Shown piece by piece: positions 1 to 9,965 of a stretch of DNA of 44,739 nt. Below the pieces are notes generated by a model. It searched no databases. It worked only from the letters and a program-made list of their open reading frames with translations, and was not told the DNA's origin. The position numbers were made by a program, and so were the translations under genes. This DNA is from a virus (lineage: Duplodnaviria > Heunggongvirae > Uroviricota > Caudoviricetes). The stretch lies in the IMG/VR virus record IMGVR_UViG_647533158_000005; one strand, given 5' to 3'. The stretch's first letter is position 1, and the number at the start of each line of letters is the position of its first letter.

Positions 1-1131
1 TCAAATGACCAGTTTTTTCCATTCCTTACCGCGTGCATCGTTGTAAATATCGGTCATTTTTTGATTCGAATGGCCCAGCAAAATTTTGGTATCAATTCCC
101 TGTTCTCTGAACAATCGTTCTGATAAAGATCTCTGCTCATGGAAAGAGGGTGGGGTGCCATTAGCACGCCAGTTGTAATCCACAGAATCCCTGGCTTTTT
201 TAAATGCAATTGTTAACGTTGCTGGCTTAACCATCCCGCCACGTTTACCTGTCCCTTTAGCGTGATGATGATGTAATAACCACGGACTAAGAACGCAATC
301 GCGACAGGATGACACCACATCATCCAGGGTGAGATTTAATTTATCGCAACGCAGAGCCAGAGGGATGGCAATCCGGGTTCCTGTTTTTTGCTGTTCGACA
401 TGAAGATAACCATCCCGGATATCCGAAAATTGCATTTTGCAAATATCTGAAAGGCGCTGGCCTGTCATCAGTGCCAGCAGCATACCGCGCTGTAAAAAGT
501 AACCATCCTTTTCCGCTGCGTTATAAATCATCGTCCACTCATCAAAAGTCAGTCGCTGTCTTGATATCCGCACCTGTGGTTTTTTTGCCGATTCTGCAGG
601 GTTAAAGCCTGGCGGGACATCGCCCGTTTGCTGAGCTTCCCGGAAAACATCGATCAGTACCTTCCTGAAAATTTGTCCCATTCTGTTATGTCCTCTGGAC
701 TTGTACTCTTCCAGCACCGATACCACATCCTTTACGGTTATGGCATTTAACGGTCTGGTGCCAAAACGTTCATCAAAAACCCTGAGAGGGGCCGCTTTCT
801 GTTTCAGCGTGTTGAGTTTGATTTCTCCGTTTTCATATCTTTCCTGTTGAATTTTTCTGTAATTATTCAGAAAAATGGAAACGGTTGATGAACCGCCGGT
901 ATCATTAATAATTTTCTCCTGCAGACTGAGCATTTGTTCCATTTGCTGCCTGGCAAGACGGCTGTTCGCTTCTGCTGCAATAGTTTCTGCCAGTTTCTGG
1001 TCAATACTGCCGAGACCGTGATTTTTGCCTGTTATGGGATGCCTGTAACGCCAGTAAACTTTGTTATTTCTTTTGTCAAAATACGGAGATAATCCCGGAA
1101 CATTGGTTTTATATTTTCGCGGGCGCGCCAT
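1..1131 (-). CDS. int: Phage integrase, tyrosine recombinase (lambda Int-like)
   Basis: 376-aa ORF; C-terminus LLGHSNQKMTDIYNDARGKEWKKLVI closely resembles the catalytic-Tyr C-terminal region of lambda Int; followed by overlapping xis-like ORF at the prophage end. Confidence 0.88.
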   Translation of the reverse strand: MARPRKYKTNVPGLSPYFDKRNNKVYWRYRHPITGKNHGLGSIDQKLAETIAAEANSRLARQQMEQMLSLQEKIINDTGGSSTVSIFLNNYRKIQQERYENGEIKLNTLKQKAAPLRVFDERFGTRPLNAITVKDVVSVLEEYKSRGHNRMGQIFRKVLIDVFREAQQTGDVPPGFNPAESAKKPQVRISRQRLTFDEWTMIYNAAEKDGYFLQRGMLLALMTGQRLSDICKMQFSDIRDGYLHVEQQKTGTRIAIPLALRCDKLNLTLDDVVSSCRDCVLSPWLLHHHHAKGTGKRGGMVKPATLTIAFKKARDSVDYNWRANGTPPSFHEQRSLSERLFREQGIDTKILLGHSNQKMTDIYNDARGKEWKKLVI

Positions 1132-1357
1132 CTTCCAGTATCCTCTTCAAAGCAGGGTGATCTGTGGCGATCACCTCCGGCTTGTTTACCATTCCGACAA
1201 AGCGAGCTCGCGGATCCACACGCCAGTGTCTTCCAACTTTTTTGGGGAGAGGAAATATCATTCCGGCTTTAGCGTATTTACTTAACGTGCCCGGAGTAGG
1301 GACCGGATCGCTGAATTCCTCTTTTGCCCACTCAGTGAGCAGAATAAGTCTTGCCAT
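1109..1357 (-). CDS. xis: Excisionase-like small DNA-binding protein
   Basis: 82-aa ORF immediately upstream of int on the same strand, overlapping its start by 23 nt; small basic protein with W/P-rich pattern as in lambda Xis. Confidence 0.6.
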   Translation of the reverse strand: MARLILLTEWAKEEFSDPVPTPGTLSKYAKAGMIFPLPKKVGRHWRVDPRARFVGMVNKPEVIATDHPALKRILEDGAPAKI

Positions 1358-1421
1358 GAGCGTCGTTCGCTAATCATGGTCGCCGCCACTATAGCTGGTG
1401 GGCGACGACCGGGGTTGAACA

Positions 1422-3866
1422 TTAAAAATCAGCCTGACTCGGGATCAGTTTTTGCCAGATAGCTGAAACGTATTTTGCCTGGTAACGGGCGTCATCAAGT
1501 GCATTATGGCGCTCACCTTCGAATGGAATAGCCGTTCTGGCATCGAAGTCTATGGCTTTCCCCAGCTCAACAATTGTGCGTACATCGCGATCGTTGTGGT
1601 AGCGCCACGGGCAGGGGATCTCCTGCCGTTCGTATGAACGGCGCAAAATCGTGTTGTCGAAGTTGGCTCCATTTCCCCAGACCTGAACAAAAAATTCATC
1701 GGAGTTTTCGTCGATAAATTCCCGCAATTGTAACAGTGCATCATCTAACGGGATTTCATCGGTCATAATGGCAGATTGCGCTTCGCGTGATTGCTTCAGC
1801 CACCATTTAATGGTGTCCCGATCAATGACTCCGCCAGCAGTTTCCAGATCGATAGTCTTACTAAATTCCGGTCCCATATCTCCGGTTTGCGGATCGAAAA
1901 ATATTGCACCTATTGAGATAATCGCGGCATCAGGATTTTTTCCCATGGTTTCAAGGTCGATCATTAGATGGTCACACGTCCTGCTGGTGGATGTGATTTC
2001 GTGATGACCGTTCACCTTAATTGAGAGAGCTGCCGCCTCGCCAGTTTTATTATCGCTGGCGTGATACTGATCACCACCAGTGTCCTCCTTATGAGGATGG
2101 TCAGTGCCTTTCATTTCCTCCGGATCTTTTTTCTGAGATTCAGCCTGATTTTCTTCATCGAATGTTTCCTGATATGTTGCGTCGCCCATCACCGCGCCAC
2201 AATCAGGGCAGTTGCCGCCACCGCGCTGACCGCAGGCGGTGCAGACTTTTTCCGGTTCCTGTTGCGCTACTGGTTCAAGCAGTTTCGTTTCTGGCTCGTT
2301 TTGTCGCGCATTTGGGCCGTTTTGTTCTGCATTTTGGTCGTTCTGTTCCGTTTCTTGCTGGTTCTGGTTCACAGAATCGCGGGTTTCAATCCCCTTCACC
2401 CATTTCGGATCATTCGGGTCGCTAATCCCTTCAACAAATTCTCCACGAGAAGCAGCCAGTAACTTGTCGGCATCAACAGGATTTTGGGGTGGAATGTTTT
2501 TCCTTGCTTCATGGAGTTCTGCCCGCAGTTTCTGATATTTCGCATCAACAGAATTTATCTGTGGCTGAGCATCCATCGACTGAGTGTCCTGATGATGTTC
2601 AGTTGTATCCGGTTCCACTGCTTCAGGCGTTGCCTGTTCATTTGCCATTGCGCCAGATGGTTGCAGTTTTTCTTCATCATCCTGTTTTCCTTCTTCTGTT
2701 ACACGCTGCGGCATCGGGGCAGAGGAGCGACCGCAGGCAATATCTACGATTTCCGGATCAGGGTTGGCATGATCGGTTTCAGTAAGTACCCTGTTCAGAT
2801 ATTCAGTGACATGTGCAGGGATGACCTCGATACCAATTGGTGCTTCTTTCACGGACGCAACCACGATGGCGCGGGAATAATCCAGCCCACCAGGCATGGC
2901 GATGAATTTGTCGCGGAAAACAGAAAAGGGCGGTTTATTTTCAGCGATAATTTCCTCAATGCGTTTAGCTTGTGCCGGATGAAGGTTATAAATGTCCACG
3001 TCCATTGAACGGGCCAGTACGCCAGTGGCTATGTCGCGCGCCAATGATGCCTGATCGTGGATGAAACCGTCGCCGCGATCGGTAAGGTTCCCGCCTCCAG
3101 CATTAGCACCGGAAGCCGTGCGAGTGATGCGTGAAACACGATTTCCTTTCATCCACTCTTTTGTCAGCAGACCTCGATCGGTGTAGTCAGTGTCCAGGTA
3201 TGCTTCGATGAAAGCGGTCATTATCCCTAGTTCCGAATTTACGGGGACGGGAAAAACACTGTCAGTATCCCGAACCAGTTTGTATAAATCCCGAATTTCC
3301 AGCGGCCCCAGTTGAGCTGCTTTATTTGAGATGGCACGGGTTGTAACCGTAGGGAGTTCTTCATCCAGTGCACTATGCAATGCCCGAAGTTTTTCCCGTG
3401 AAACGTGTGTTACCGGTTTCTCGCTGCCGTGTTGTGCAAGCCAGCGAACGGGCAGTTCCTGACCAGAAATCGGCAGGAGCATACCATCCTCAATCTCTGT
3501 CATATCTTCGCCGTTGACGTTGGTATTGTCAGTGCTGGCTGGTTTGTGCTGCGAAGAGGAAGAGGGCGCGCTAAATATCATTGTGATGCCATCTTCCCCG
3601 CCTTTTTCATATCGATTGCAGAATTCGGTATCAAACACGCCTTCCGGTGGAAGGTCATTCACAACGGGTAAATGGACACGGACGGGTTTTTTAAAGTCGT
3701 CTTCATCATAATCGTTGTCATCCATTGCAGTAATGCAGCGGGAGATAGCAACAGATAATTTTTTTGCTGTAGTCCAGTAAAAACCACCTTTAATTCCCAG
3801 GCGTTTTCTGACTTTGTCATTTTTTGCTTCGCAATATAGTGCAAATTCTTCTTTATCAGTGCTCAT
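1422..3866 (-). CDS. Large phage exonuclease-domain protein (C-terminal DEDD-type 3'-5' exonuclease, central CxxC zinc ribbon)
   Basis: 814-aa ORF; C-terminal ~180 aa contain DEDD-like motifs ([10 protein letters not shown] ... HNALDDARY); CTACGQ...CPDCG zinc-ribbon mid-protein; position matches the exo/recombination slot of lambdoid phages. Confidence 0.6.
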   Translation of the reverse strand: MSTDKEEFALYCEAKNDKVRKRLGIKGGFYWTTAKKLSVAISRCITAMDDNDYDEDDFKKPVRVHLPVVNDLPPEGVFDTEFCNRYEKGGEDGITMIFSAPSSSSQHKPASTDNTNVNGEDMTEIEDGMLLPISGQELPVRWLAQHGSEKPVTHVSREKLRALHSALDEELPTVTTRAISNKAAQLGPLEIRDLYKLVRDTDSVFPVPVNSELGIMTAFIEAYLDTDYTDRGLLTKEWMKGNRVSRITRTASGANAGGGNLTDRGDGFIHDQASLARDIATGVLARSMDVDIYNLHPAQAKRIEEIIAENKPPFSVFRDKFIAMPGGLDYSRAIVVASVKEAPIGIEVIPAHVTEYLNRVLTETDHANPDPEIVDIACGRSSAPMPQRVTEEGKQDDEEKLQPSGAMANEQATPEAVEPDTTEHHQDTQSMDAQPQINSVDAKYQKLRAELHEARKNIPPQNPVDADKLLAASRGEFVEGISDPNDPKWVKGIETRDSVNQNQQETEQNDQNAEQNGPNARQNEPETKLLEPVAQQEPEKVCTACGQRGGGNCPDCGAVMGDATYQETFDEENQAESQKKDPEEMKGTDHPHKEDTGGDQYHASDNKTGEAAALSIKVNGHHEITSTSRTCDHLMIDLETMGKNPDAAIISIGAIFFDPQTGDMGPEFSKTIDLETAGGVIDRDTIKWWLKQSREAQSAIMTDEIPLDDALLQLREFIDENSDEFFVQVWGNGANFDNTILRRSYERQEIPCPWRYHNDRDVRTIVELGKAIDFDARTAIPFEGERHNALDDARYQAKYVSAIWQKLIPSQADF

Positions 3867-4137
3867 TGATAAACCTCATAACTATTTTAAGTTGTATGAA
3901 CCCCTGCCATTTCAGGCATGCTTAATCAGTTGGTATGGCGTTAATATGGCTGGTGGGTTATCCAGCCGGTGTTTCGTTATTACAGAGATACTTTTTTTAA
4001 CGGGAGGCATTCGCCGGAAAATTTTTGCTCATCTCTTGTCTGAAGGCAGGTTGCCTTACTGTCATAAATTCCGGTAATCATATTCTGTGACTCACCTGCT
4101 GTAAGAAAAACCGTCATCACCAGTGCAAATGCCGAAG

Positions 4138-4323
4138 TCATCGCTGTTCTCCAAAAATGCCAAGTTGAAGAAGAGCAATTCTTGAAAGTATGGAATTATC
4201 ATTCAGAAGATAAGGCTCATATTTCCTCATATTAATGGCATCATCAGTGAAGTCTTTATTACTGAGCTGAATGCCAATATTAAAACAACCTTCAGACGTA
4301 TTAACGTTTGGTAATAACGTTTC
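4138..4323 (-). CDS. Hypothetical small protein (61 aa)
   Basis: Internal ATG of the 4138..4482 ORF preceded by GAGGA about 8 nt upstream; low-GC sequence; no recognisable motif. Confidence 0.25.
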   Translation of the reverse strand, partial: ETLLPNVNTSEGCFNIGIQLSNKDFTDDAINMRKYEPYLLNDNSILSRIALLQLGIFGEQR

Positions 4324-4897
4324 CATTATCGCGTCCTCAACAATGAATTTTGTGATGCAGTGCCTGGTGCCTCCAGGTGACGTTAACCAGTTAACAATTA
4401 ACGCCGGAATACATAAGAGGATACTTACGCCAGTAAAAGACCTCTTTACTGATTTAACTGTTCCGCGTGCGCATAGCCGCATTCACCGCATCACAAAATT
4501 CACTTTAAAAAGGGCGGCAGAGCAGTCACGGAGTAAAACTGATACCGCCAAATGTCACCAGAAAATTGATAACAGAGGGCGTTGCAGCGGGGTTGTCACT
4601 TAAGCGTATGGTCAACCTGACAACCCGGTGTCCTCAACGGGGAAGGAATAACCCCGCCATACTTACCGCCGCGCCATTTCGCGGAGTGCCGCAACCGGAA
4701 GCGCACGGTCGACGAAAATTTAACGACAGGCTATCTATGAACCAGCTACCTCGCCGTGCGCTTTCGCGTTATGGTCTGACTTTTCAGGGAAATATCCTTT
4801 CAGTAAACTGTCAGTGCCGGATGCTCACCCGTGTCCGGCGCACGCACTCCACCTCACCCGTGGAGAACTCCTTAATCACCAACCCTCAGGAGGGTGA

Positions 4898-5120
4898 AAT
4901 GGCTAGTAAAAATGTAAATATCCAGTTTAACCACGATGTTTCTCCTGCTGGACTTGCGGATGAACTCAGGGCTATAAAAACGGCAATTATGCTACTTGCT
5001 GCTAAGTTGCCAGCAGCATCACAACCATCAGATATTTGTGACTCATTACGTAAGATGAATTCAACAAAATGCAACGAGATGGCATCACTTATTGAAATAG
5101 CTATTGATTTTAATGATTAA
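4898..5120 (+). CDS. Hypothetical small protein (73 aa)
   Basis: ATG at 4898 preceded by GGAGGG Shine-Dalgarno (inside the longer 4566..5120 ORF whose 5' part looks non-coding); 3' end converges on the 5110..5502 ORF. Confidence 0.35.
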
Positions 5121-5502
5121 TTGATATTTCATTTTCATGCCTAACTGTAAAACAAGCATCCGAAGTGCAATACTTTAAATCACCAGAATTAATGGTGCAC
5201 TCAGTAAAATGGTTCTTAAGGGGTTCTATTCGAATCCCTTTATTTTTCATCAACAAACCAAGCCCCTTATTAATTATATCCATTAACTCCAAAAAGTATT
5301 TGTCAGGTGAGTCTTGGTTATCAGAGCTCTGCTTATCTTCGTACAGCCCGATAAAGGCTCGGCGCACGTTACCGGATATATTATCGATGGTTTCTTTTTC
5401 TACGGTACTCAGGTCAAGAGTCGCCAGTTGAGAACGAACTATATTCGATGCCATTTCCTGGAATGGTACTGGTAAATCTTTAAATTCCATCGTCAACCTC
5501 AT
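5110..5502 (-). CDS. Hypothetical protein (130 aa), low-GC accessory gene
   Basis: ORF with TGATG stop/start overlap to the upstream 76-aa ORF (translational coupling); about 38% GC versus about 50% for the phage backbone; no recognisable domain. Confidence 0.45.
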   Translation of the reverse strand: MRLTMEFKDLPVPFQEMASNIVRSQLATLDLSTVEKETIDNISGNVRRAFIGLYEDKQSSDNQDSPDKYFLELMDIINKGLGLLMKNKGIRIEPLKNHFTECTINSGDLKYCTSDACFTVRHENEISINH

Positions 5503-5732
5503 CAGTCAGTGTTTCTGGCTAACCAGCGACGCGCGCCAGATTCGGTTTTAAACGTTTTACTTTTGGTATACGTCATCGTAGTGAACGTACCGTCATGGTT
5601 GGGAAACACGCCGCACACCAGAGAATCGTTGTTGCTAAGATCGATAGTATCCATGCTGACCTCATTTCCCCTTAACGCCGGGGTAGCGGAACAAAAACCT
5701 GCTGCATAGTTAAAGTTGAACCCTGCCGTCAT
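5502..5732 (-). CDS. Hypothetical small protein (76 aa, or 50 aa from internal start at 5654)
   Basis: First gene leftward of the oL-like operator region; both candidate starts have GAGG Shine-Dalgarno; basic C-terminus. Confidence 0.35.
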   Translation of the reverse strand: MTAGFNFNYAAGFCSATPALRGNEVSMDTIDLSNNDSLVCGVFPNHDGTFTTMTYTKSKTFKTESGARRWLARNTD

Positions 5733-5836
5733 GTTCTTACGCCTCGGGCTGGCTACTTAACCCCTGACCACTGCCTGGTAACTCGAAGTATTGCCCTGCG
5801 TTCTGTGGGGCGGGGTGGGTTGGTATGAAAAGAAGG

Positions 5837-5874
5837 ATACCCATGGGTATTTAAAAAGTAAATACCTGTGGGTA
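5837..5874. promoter_or_regulatory. Putative leftward operator/promoter region (oL-like): two TACC-N4-GGTA palindromes
   Basis: atacccatgggtat (5837-5850, perfect palindrome) and tacctgtgggta (5863-5874), in the intergenic region 3' of the repressor gene. Confidence 0.45.
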
Positions 5875-5917
5875 ATTTTTTTGCGGTGTCTTAACTGGTG
5901 ACTGGTTGTTTGGTGAG

Positions 5918-6337
5918 CTATGATGCGTTTTGTGCTTTCTTTTTACGGATTTCTTCGTAGATCATATTGTAATACTGTTTTTTCTCTTCAAGAGTTTTTA
6001 ATAAGTTATCCGCTTCACTTTCTGGCAGTTCGTCTAAGAGATCTAAAAAAATACGTTGTCGTGGCGTTAGAACCCTTGTTTCATAACTGGAGGCTGTGTT
6101 CGTTGATGATGAAACGATACCATCCATCCATCCCCGGGGTAACCCAAAGGACTCTTCGATAATCTCCACCATATCATCAGCGATCCGTTTTTTTCCCTTT
6201 TTCCCCTCTGGGTACAACATTCTTGATACATAAGAAGGCTCGCGCCCGATCTTTCTGGCCACGTTAACCGCTTTACCATCGCATTTCTCATCACGAATTT
6301 TGATGAGTTGCTGTCGTCTAAATTCATATTTGTCCAT
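5918..6337 (-). CDS. Prophage repressor (short HTH repressor, RacR-like, no peptidase domain)
   Basis: 139-aa ORF divergent from a Cro-like gene across a 100-bp region containing three operator-like palindromes; N-terminal HTH-like segment (KAVNVARKIGREPSYVSRML). Confidence 0.65.
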   Translation of the reverse strand: MDKYEFRRQQLIKIRDEKCDGKAVNVARKIGREPSYVSRMLYPEGKKGKKRIADDMVEIIEESFGLPRGWMDGIVSSSTNTASSYETRVLTPRQRIFLDLLDELPESEADNLLKTLEEKKQYYNMIYEEIRKKKAQNAS

Positions 6338-6357
6338 AGGTAAATAATAGATGCAAT

Positions 6358-6408
6358 TACCGCAAGGTAAACAACCTGTGGGTATTGACTTTTGTTTACC
6401 TGCAGGTA
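6358..6408. promoter_or_regulatory. Putative oR-like tripartite operator with divergent promoters
   Basis: taccgcaaggta (6358-6369), acctgtgggta (6374-6384), tacctgcaggta (6397-6408, perfect palindrome); TTGACT -35-like hexamer at 6385-6390 overlapping the operators. Confidence 0.5.
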
Positions 6409-6437
6409 TTCTTTGCTGTGTTTACTAAGGAGTAGCT

Positions 6438-6719
6438 ATGGAAGAATTAAGAATATTTCTCAATTCTCTTTCGTCAGATGAACAGCGTATGTTTGCATAC
6501 GAGTGTGGTACCAGCATCGGTTATCTAAGAAAGGCATTGAGTAAAGGTCAAGTGCTAGGGGCATCGTTATGTGTCCTTATTGAGCGAGCCAGTACTGGTG
6601 AAGTTACACGTCAGCAACTAAGGCCTTTTGATTGGATGAATATTTGGCCCGAGCTGGAAGATACCAAAACGTTAACACAACCATTTTCTAGGAGCTTGAT
6701 TCATGAAAATCAAGCATGA
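6438..6719 (+). CDS. Cro/YdaS-like small transcriptional regulator
   Basis: 93-aa ORF divergent from repressor; HTH-like segment (ECGTSIGYLRKALSKGQ); strong AGGAG Shine-Dalgarno; gene order as RacR-YdaS-YdaT. Confidence 0.65.
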   Translation: MEELRIFLNSLSSDEQRMFAYECGTSIGYLRKALSKGQVLGASLCVLIERASTGEVTRQQLRPFDWMNIWPELEDTKTLTQPFSRSLIHENQA

Positions 6720-7128
6720 GCACATCCGCATGGCGATGAATGCCTGGGCGTATCCGGACGGTGAAAAAGTTCCAGCAGCTGGAATAACCCAGGCTTATTT
6801 CGAACTGGGAATGACGTTCCCGGAACTGTACGACGACAGCCATCCGGAAGCCCTGGCTCGCAATACCCAGAAAATTTTCCGCTGGGTAGAGAAAGACACC
6901 CCTGATGCTGTTGAAAAAATTCAGGCGTTGTTACCAGCGATCGAAAAGGCAATGCCACCTTTGCTGGTGGCCAGAATGCGCAGCCACAGTTCAGCTTATT
7001 TTCGGGAGCTGGTGGAAACGCGGGAGCGATTGGTGAGAGACGCTGATGATTTTGTCGCAGTGGCAATCGCCGGTTTCAATCAGATGAACCGTGGTGGCCC
7101 GGCAGGAAATGCTGTGGCAGCACATTGA
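6703..7128 (+). CDS. CII-like regulator (YdaT family)
   Basis: 141-aa ORF overlapping the Cro-like stop; position and size as YdaT/CII in Rac-type immunity regions. Confidence 0.55.
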   Translation: MKIKHEHIRMAMNAWAYPDGEKVPAAGITQAYFELGMTFPELYDDSHPEALARNTQKIFRWVEKDTPDAVEKIQALLPAIEKAMPPLLVARMRSHSSAYFRELVETRERLVRDADDFVAVAIAGFNQMNRGGPAGNAVAAH

Positions 7129-7199
7129 CTGACAATAGCCATATCGAATCGCTTCCGGCAACTCGTGAGTAAAAAGATTCGGTATCAGAAGAGGTGAGT

Positions 7200-8276
7200 A
7201 TGGCTAACGCCTGGCTCAGATTATGGCATGACATGCCAAATGACCCTAAGTGGCGAACAATTGCCAGGGTGTCAGGGCAGCCAATTGCAACAGTGATGGC
7301 AGTGTATATCCACCTCCTGGTGAGCGCGTCACGAAATGTCACGCGAGGTCACATTGATGTCACGACAGAAGATTTGGCAAGTGCGCTCGACGAGACAGAA
7401 GAGGTAATTGATTCAATTTTGCAGACGATGCAGGGGCGGGTACTTGATGGTGATTTAATCACTGGATGGGAAAAACGCCAGGTGCTGAAAGAGGACAACG
7501 GCAATATTTCGCAAACCGCAAAATCCCCTGCAGAGCGCAAGAGGGCGCAGCGAGAGAGGGAAAGAAAGCGGGAACAAAATGGCGATTGTCACGATGCGTC
7601 ACGAAATGTCACGCATATGTCACGCCGAGTCACGACAGATAAAGATACAGATAAAGATAAAGATACAGATAAAGAAGATCAAAACACTATGGTCCATGGC
7701 GTAAAAAACGCCACGAACCTGGTATGGGATGTTCAGACCGTCAATCCTGGTCAGCCAGCAGGCACGATACCGGAAGCCGATTCAGCGTATGCGCTGAAAG
7801 CCGATTCGGACGCTGTGCAGCAGGTAATGACCGCAAGGCAGGAGCAATCACACCAACTGCAGCAGCCTGAAGCCGATTCCGCCATTCAGCGGGAAGCCGA
7901 TCGGGTAGTCCCGGAAAACACCGGGCAGCCTGTGGGACGAGTGGATTATCCGGATGTGTTCGAACGGGTCTGGCGGGAATACCCGTTGCGTGCTGGAGCA
8001 AACCCGAAGAAATCCGCTTTCAGTGCATGGAAGGCCAGATTACGCGAGGGGGTGTTACCAGAGGCCATGCTGGATGGTGTGAGGCGTTACGCAAGATACC
8101 TGGCGGCTACCGGGAAAACGGGAACGGAATTTGTTCAGCGAGCGACGACGTTTTTTGGACCAGACCGGAATTTCGAAAACCCCTGGTTGCTTCCGGTAAG
8201 CGGCACGAACAACCAGCGTTGTGTGAATCATATTTCTGAACCGGATACCGAAATTCCGCCTGGCTTCAGGGGGTAA
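7200..8276 (+). CDS. Putative phage replication initiation protein (O-like / YdaU-like)
   Basis: ATG at 7200 with GAGG Shine-Dalgarno; sits at the O-gene position after the CII-like gene; contains two internal arrays of GTCAC(G) repeats at 10-11 bp phasing (iteron-like). Confidence 0.5.
   Translation: MANAWLRLWHDMPNDPKWRTIARVSGQPIATVMAVYIHLLVSASRNVTRGHIDVTTEDLASALDETEEVIDSILQTMQGRVLDGDLITGWEKRQVLKEDNGNISQTAKSPAERKRAQRERERKREQNGDCHDASRNVTHMSRRVTTDKDTDKDKDTDKEDQNTMVHGVKNATNLVWDVQTVNPGQPAGTIPEADSAYALKADSDAVQQVMTARQEQSHQLQQPEADSAIQREADRVVPENTGQPVGRVDYPDVFERVWREYPLRAGANPKKSAFSAWKARLREGVLPEAMLDGVRRYARYLAATGKTGTEFVQRATTFFGPDRNFENPWLLPVSGTNNQRCVNHISEPDTEIPPGFRG
7328..7680. repeat. Iteron-like repeat arrays (candidate replication origin) inside replication gene
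   Basis: GTCAC(G) at 7328, 7338, 7348, 7359 and at 7588, 7598, 7608, 7619, 7629 (10-11 bp spacing), followed by tandem GATAAAGATACA-type repeats 7639-7680. Confidence 0.5.
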
Positions 8277-8316
8277 GTGCTGATTTCAGGTCATGAGGTA
8301 ATTTTCAGGAGGACTT

Positions 8317-8727
8317 GTGGCAAAAGTTTTTACACAAGAAGAGCGAGAAAAAATTAAAGGGCAGGTTGCTGAACTCGTACGCCAGAGTGGGCGCGAGACG
8401 TTACGACAACTGGAAGCTAAAACCGGGGCAACAAGATATCTGATGAGCGTTCTGGCCAGAGAGCTGGTTACCAGTGGCGATGTATACAACTCTGGCTACG
8501 GGTTATTCCCGTCAGAACAGGCTCGTAAGGACTGGCAAAATGCCCGCAAAAAACTCTCGAGGGCAAAGGTGAAGAAACCATCTGTGGTTGATCCGGACCT
8601 TATCTGGTCATTACCTGACGGAGAAATACGTCGCTACGACAGGAGATTGAACATAATTTGTAGCGAGTGCCGGAAGAGCGAAGTTATGCAGCGTGTACTG
8701 GTGTTTTATCAGGGAAACTTTTATTGA
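8317..8727 (+). CDS. Hypothetical phage protein (136 aa)
   Basis: ORF with GTG start downstream of AGGAGG; follows replication gene; no recognisable motif. Confidence 0.4.
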   Translation: MAKVFTQEEREKIKGQVAELVRQSGRETLRQLEAKTGATRYLMSVLARELVTSGDVYNSGYGLFPSEQARKDWQNARKKLSRAKVKKPSVVDPDLIWSLPDGEIRRYDRRLNIICSECRKSEVMQRVLVFYQGNFY

Positions 8728-9319
8728 CGCGACGAGATTAAAGAGCATTTGTTCAGATGTGAATTACCATTTTTGTGGCGCAGGATAGAGCTAAAGTGGT
8801 TGTCTGCTTTGTACCAGAAGCGGGCGTTGTAATGTTTGCCAGACAAAATCTGGTCGGCTCAATGGTTATACCCCAGCTTCTGGTATAACCATGCGCGTTG
8901 TCGGTTACCGGCCTATCCGTAGCAGGCGCGACATCAATGGATAGGCATGACAGCATTTAATCAGTCAACGACAAAGACTGATTTTCTGATAATCGTTCAG
9001 CCCGTAGGTGTCGCACAAAAAAAGTGGTGTGGCTGGCAATCCAGTCTGCGTCCCAGAAATGGGCGATGCCGCTGAAGGACTGGCGTATGGCAATGAGCCG
9101 CTTCATTATCGAGTTCGGTGACCGCCTGGACGGTCACTTCTGAGAAAAAGTATTTACACAGAATCCTAAACAGGCTCCTTCCAGATGAAAAAGGAGGGAT
9201 CGGTTGTGACAATAAATGTGTCTTTGCTACAACGCAGATGCCAATTATTCACCGAACTTCTCCTGCTGGGTTACTTGTGATGAGGCCGGACCATGGCTGT
9301 TCTCAATACCGGGAAATGC

Positions 9320-9922
9320 TCAGGATACTTTTTCATGTACTGTCATGATAAATACCAGCGGGCTTTCTCCCTGATTTTCATAGAAATGAGGGACGTCTGT
9401 TCTGGCTGTTGCTGAACAGCCTGTTTTTACCAAATACTCGTGCTCCTGTATGCCCAGTGTGAGCGTACCCGATTGAACAAAAAACAGTTCAAGCGTTCCT
9501 TCCGTGTGGCCGGGGGAAGCAAATTTTTCCCCGGGCTGCATTTCCCACATCCAGAGCTCGGTCATATCAGGGCCACCGGAACCTGCGAGCAATCTTGCTT
9601 TCCCGCCTTTTTCACCTTCCCACAATTCAGGGATCTCACTTTCTGTAATGAGATGCACGGTCGGTTTGGAACTGACATCCACAAAATCAGCTACCGAAAC
9701 TCCCATCGCGGCAGCCAGGCGGCATAACATGGTAATGCTGGGATTCGCCCGGCATCCCTCTATCTCAACCAGCGCTCCCTTGCTGACGCCTGCTCGACGG
9801 GAGAGTTCATCAAGGGATATTTTCTTTTGCTTACGATAAAGTTTAATTCGCTGAGATACGGCTTCATTCACAGTGCTGACGATAGAATTTACATCGGTCA
9901 TTAAATTGACTTTTTTGGTCAT
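9320..9922 (-). CDS. XRE-family HTH transcriptional regulator with C-terminal cupin domain
   Basis: 200-aa ORF; N-terminal HTH (ISLDELSRRAGVSKGALVEIE) and C-terminal cupin-like beta-barrel region; divergent from B3/4-domain gene. Confidence 0.7.
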   Translation of the reverse strand: MTKKVNLMTDVNSIVSTVNEAVSQRIKLYRKQKKISLDELSRRAGVSKGALVEIEGCRANPSITMLCRLAAAMGVSVADFVDVSSKPTVHLITESEIPELWEGEKGGKARLLAGSGGPDMTELWMWEMQPGEKFASPGHTEGTLELFFVQSGTLTLGIQEHEYLVKTGCSATARTDVPHFYENQGESPLVFIMTVHEKVS

Positions 9923-9965
9923 TGGTCATTATCATGGAATAAATTAGTCATTATAGGATTGTCAC

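Noticed and set aside
2021-3008. Several + strand ORFs (2021..2425, 2061..2462, 2239..2535, 2484..3008)
   Set aside because: All lie antisense within the 814-aa exonuclease gene; low-complexity translations, no start signals.
8982-9143. Short open frame ending ...KDWRMAMSRFIIEFGDRLDGHF, which looked like the 3' remnant of a longer gene (possibly a mobile element)
   Set aside because: Only 53 codons before an upstream in-frame stop and no start signal; family cannot be assigned without a database search.
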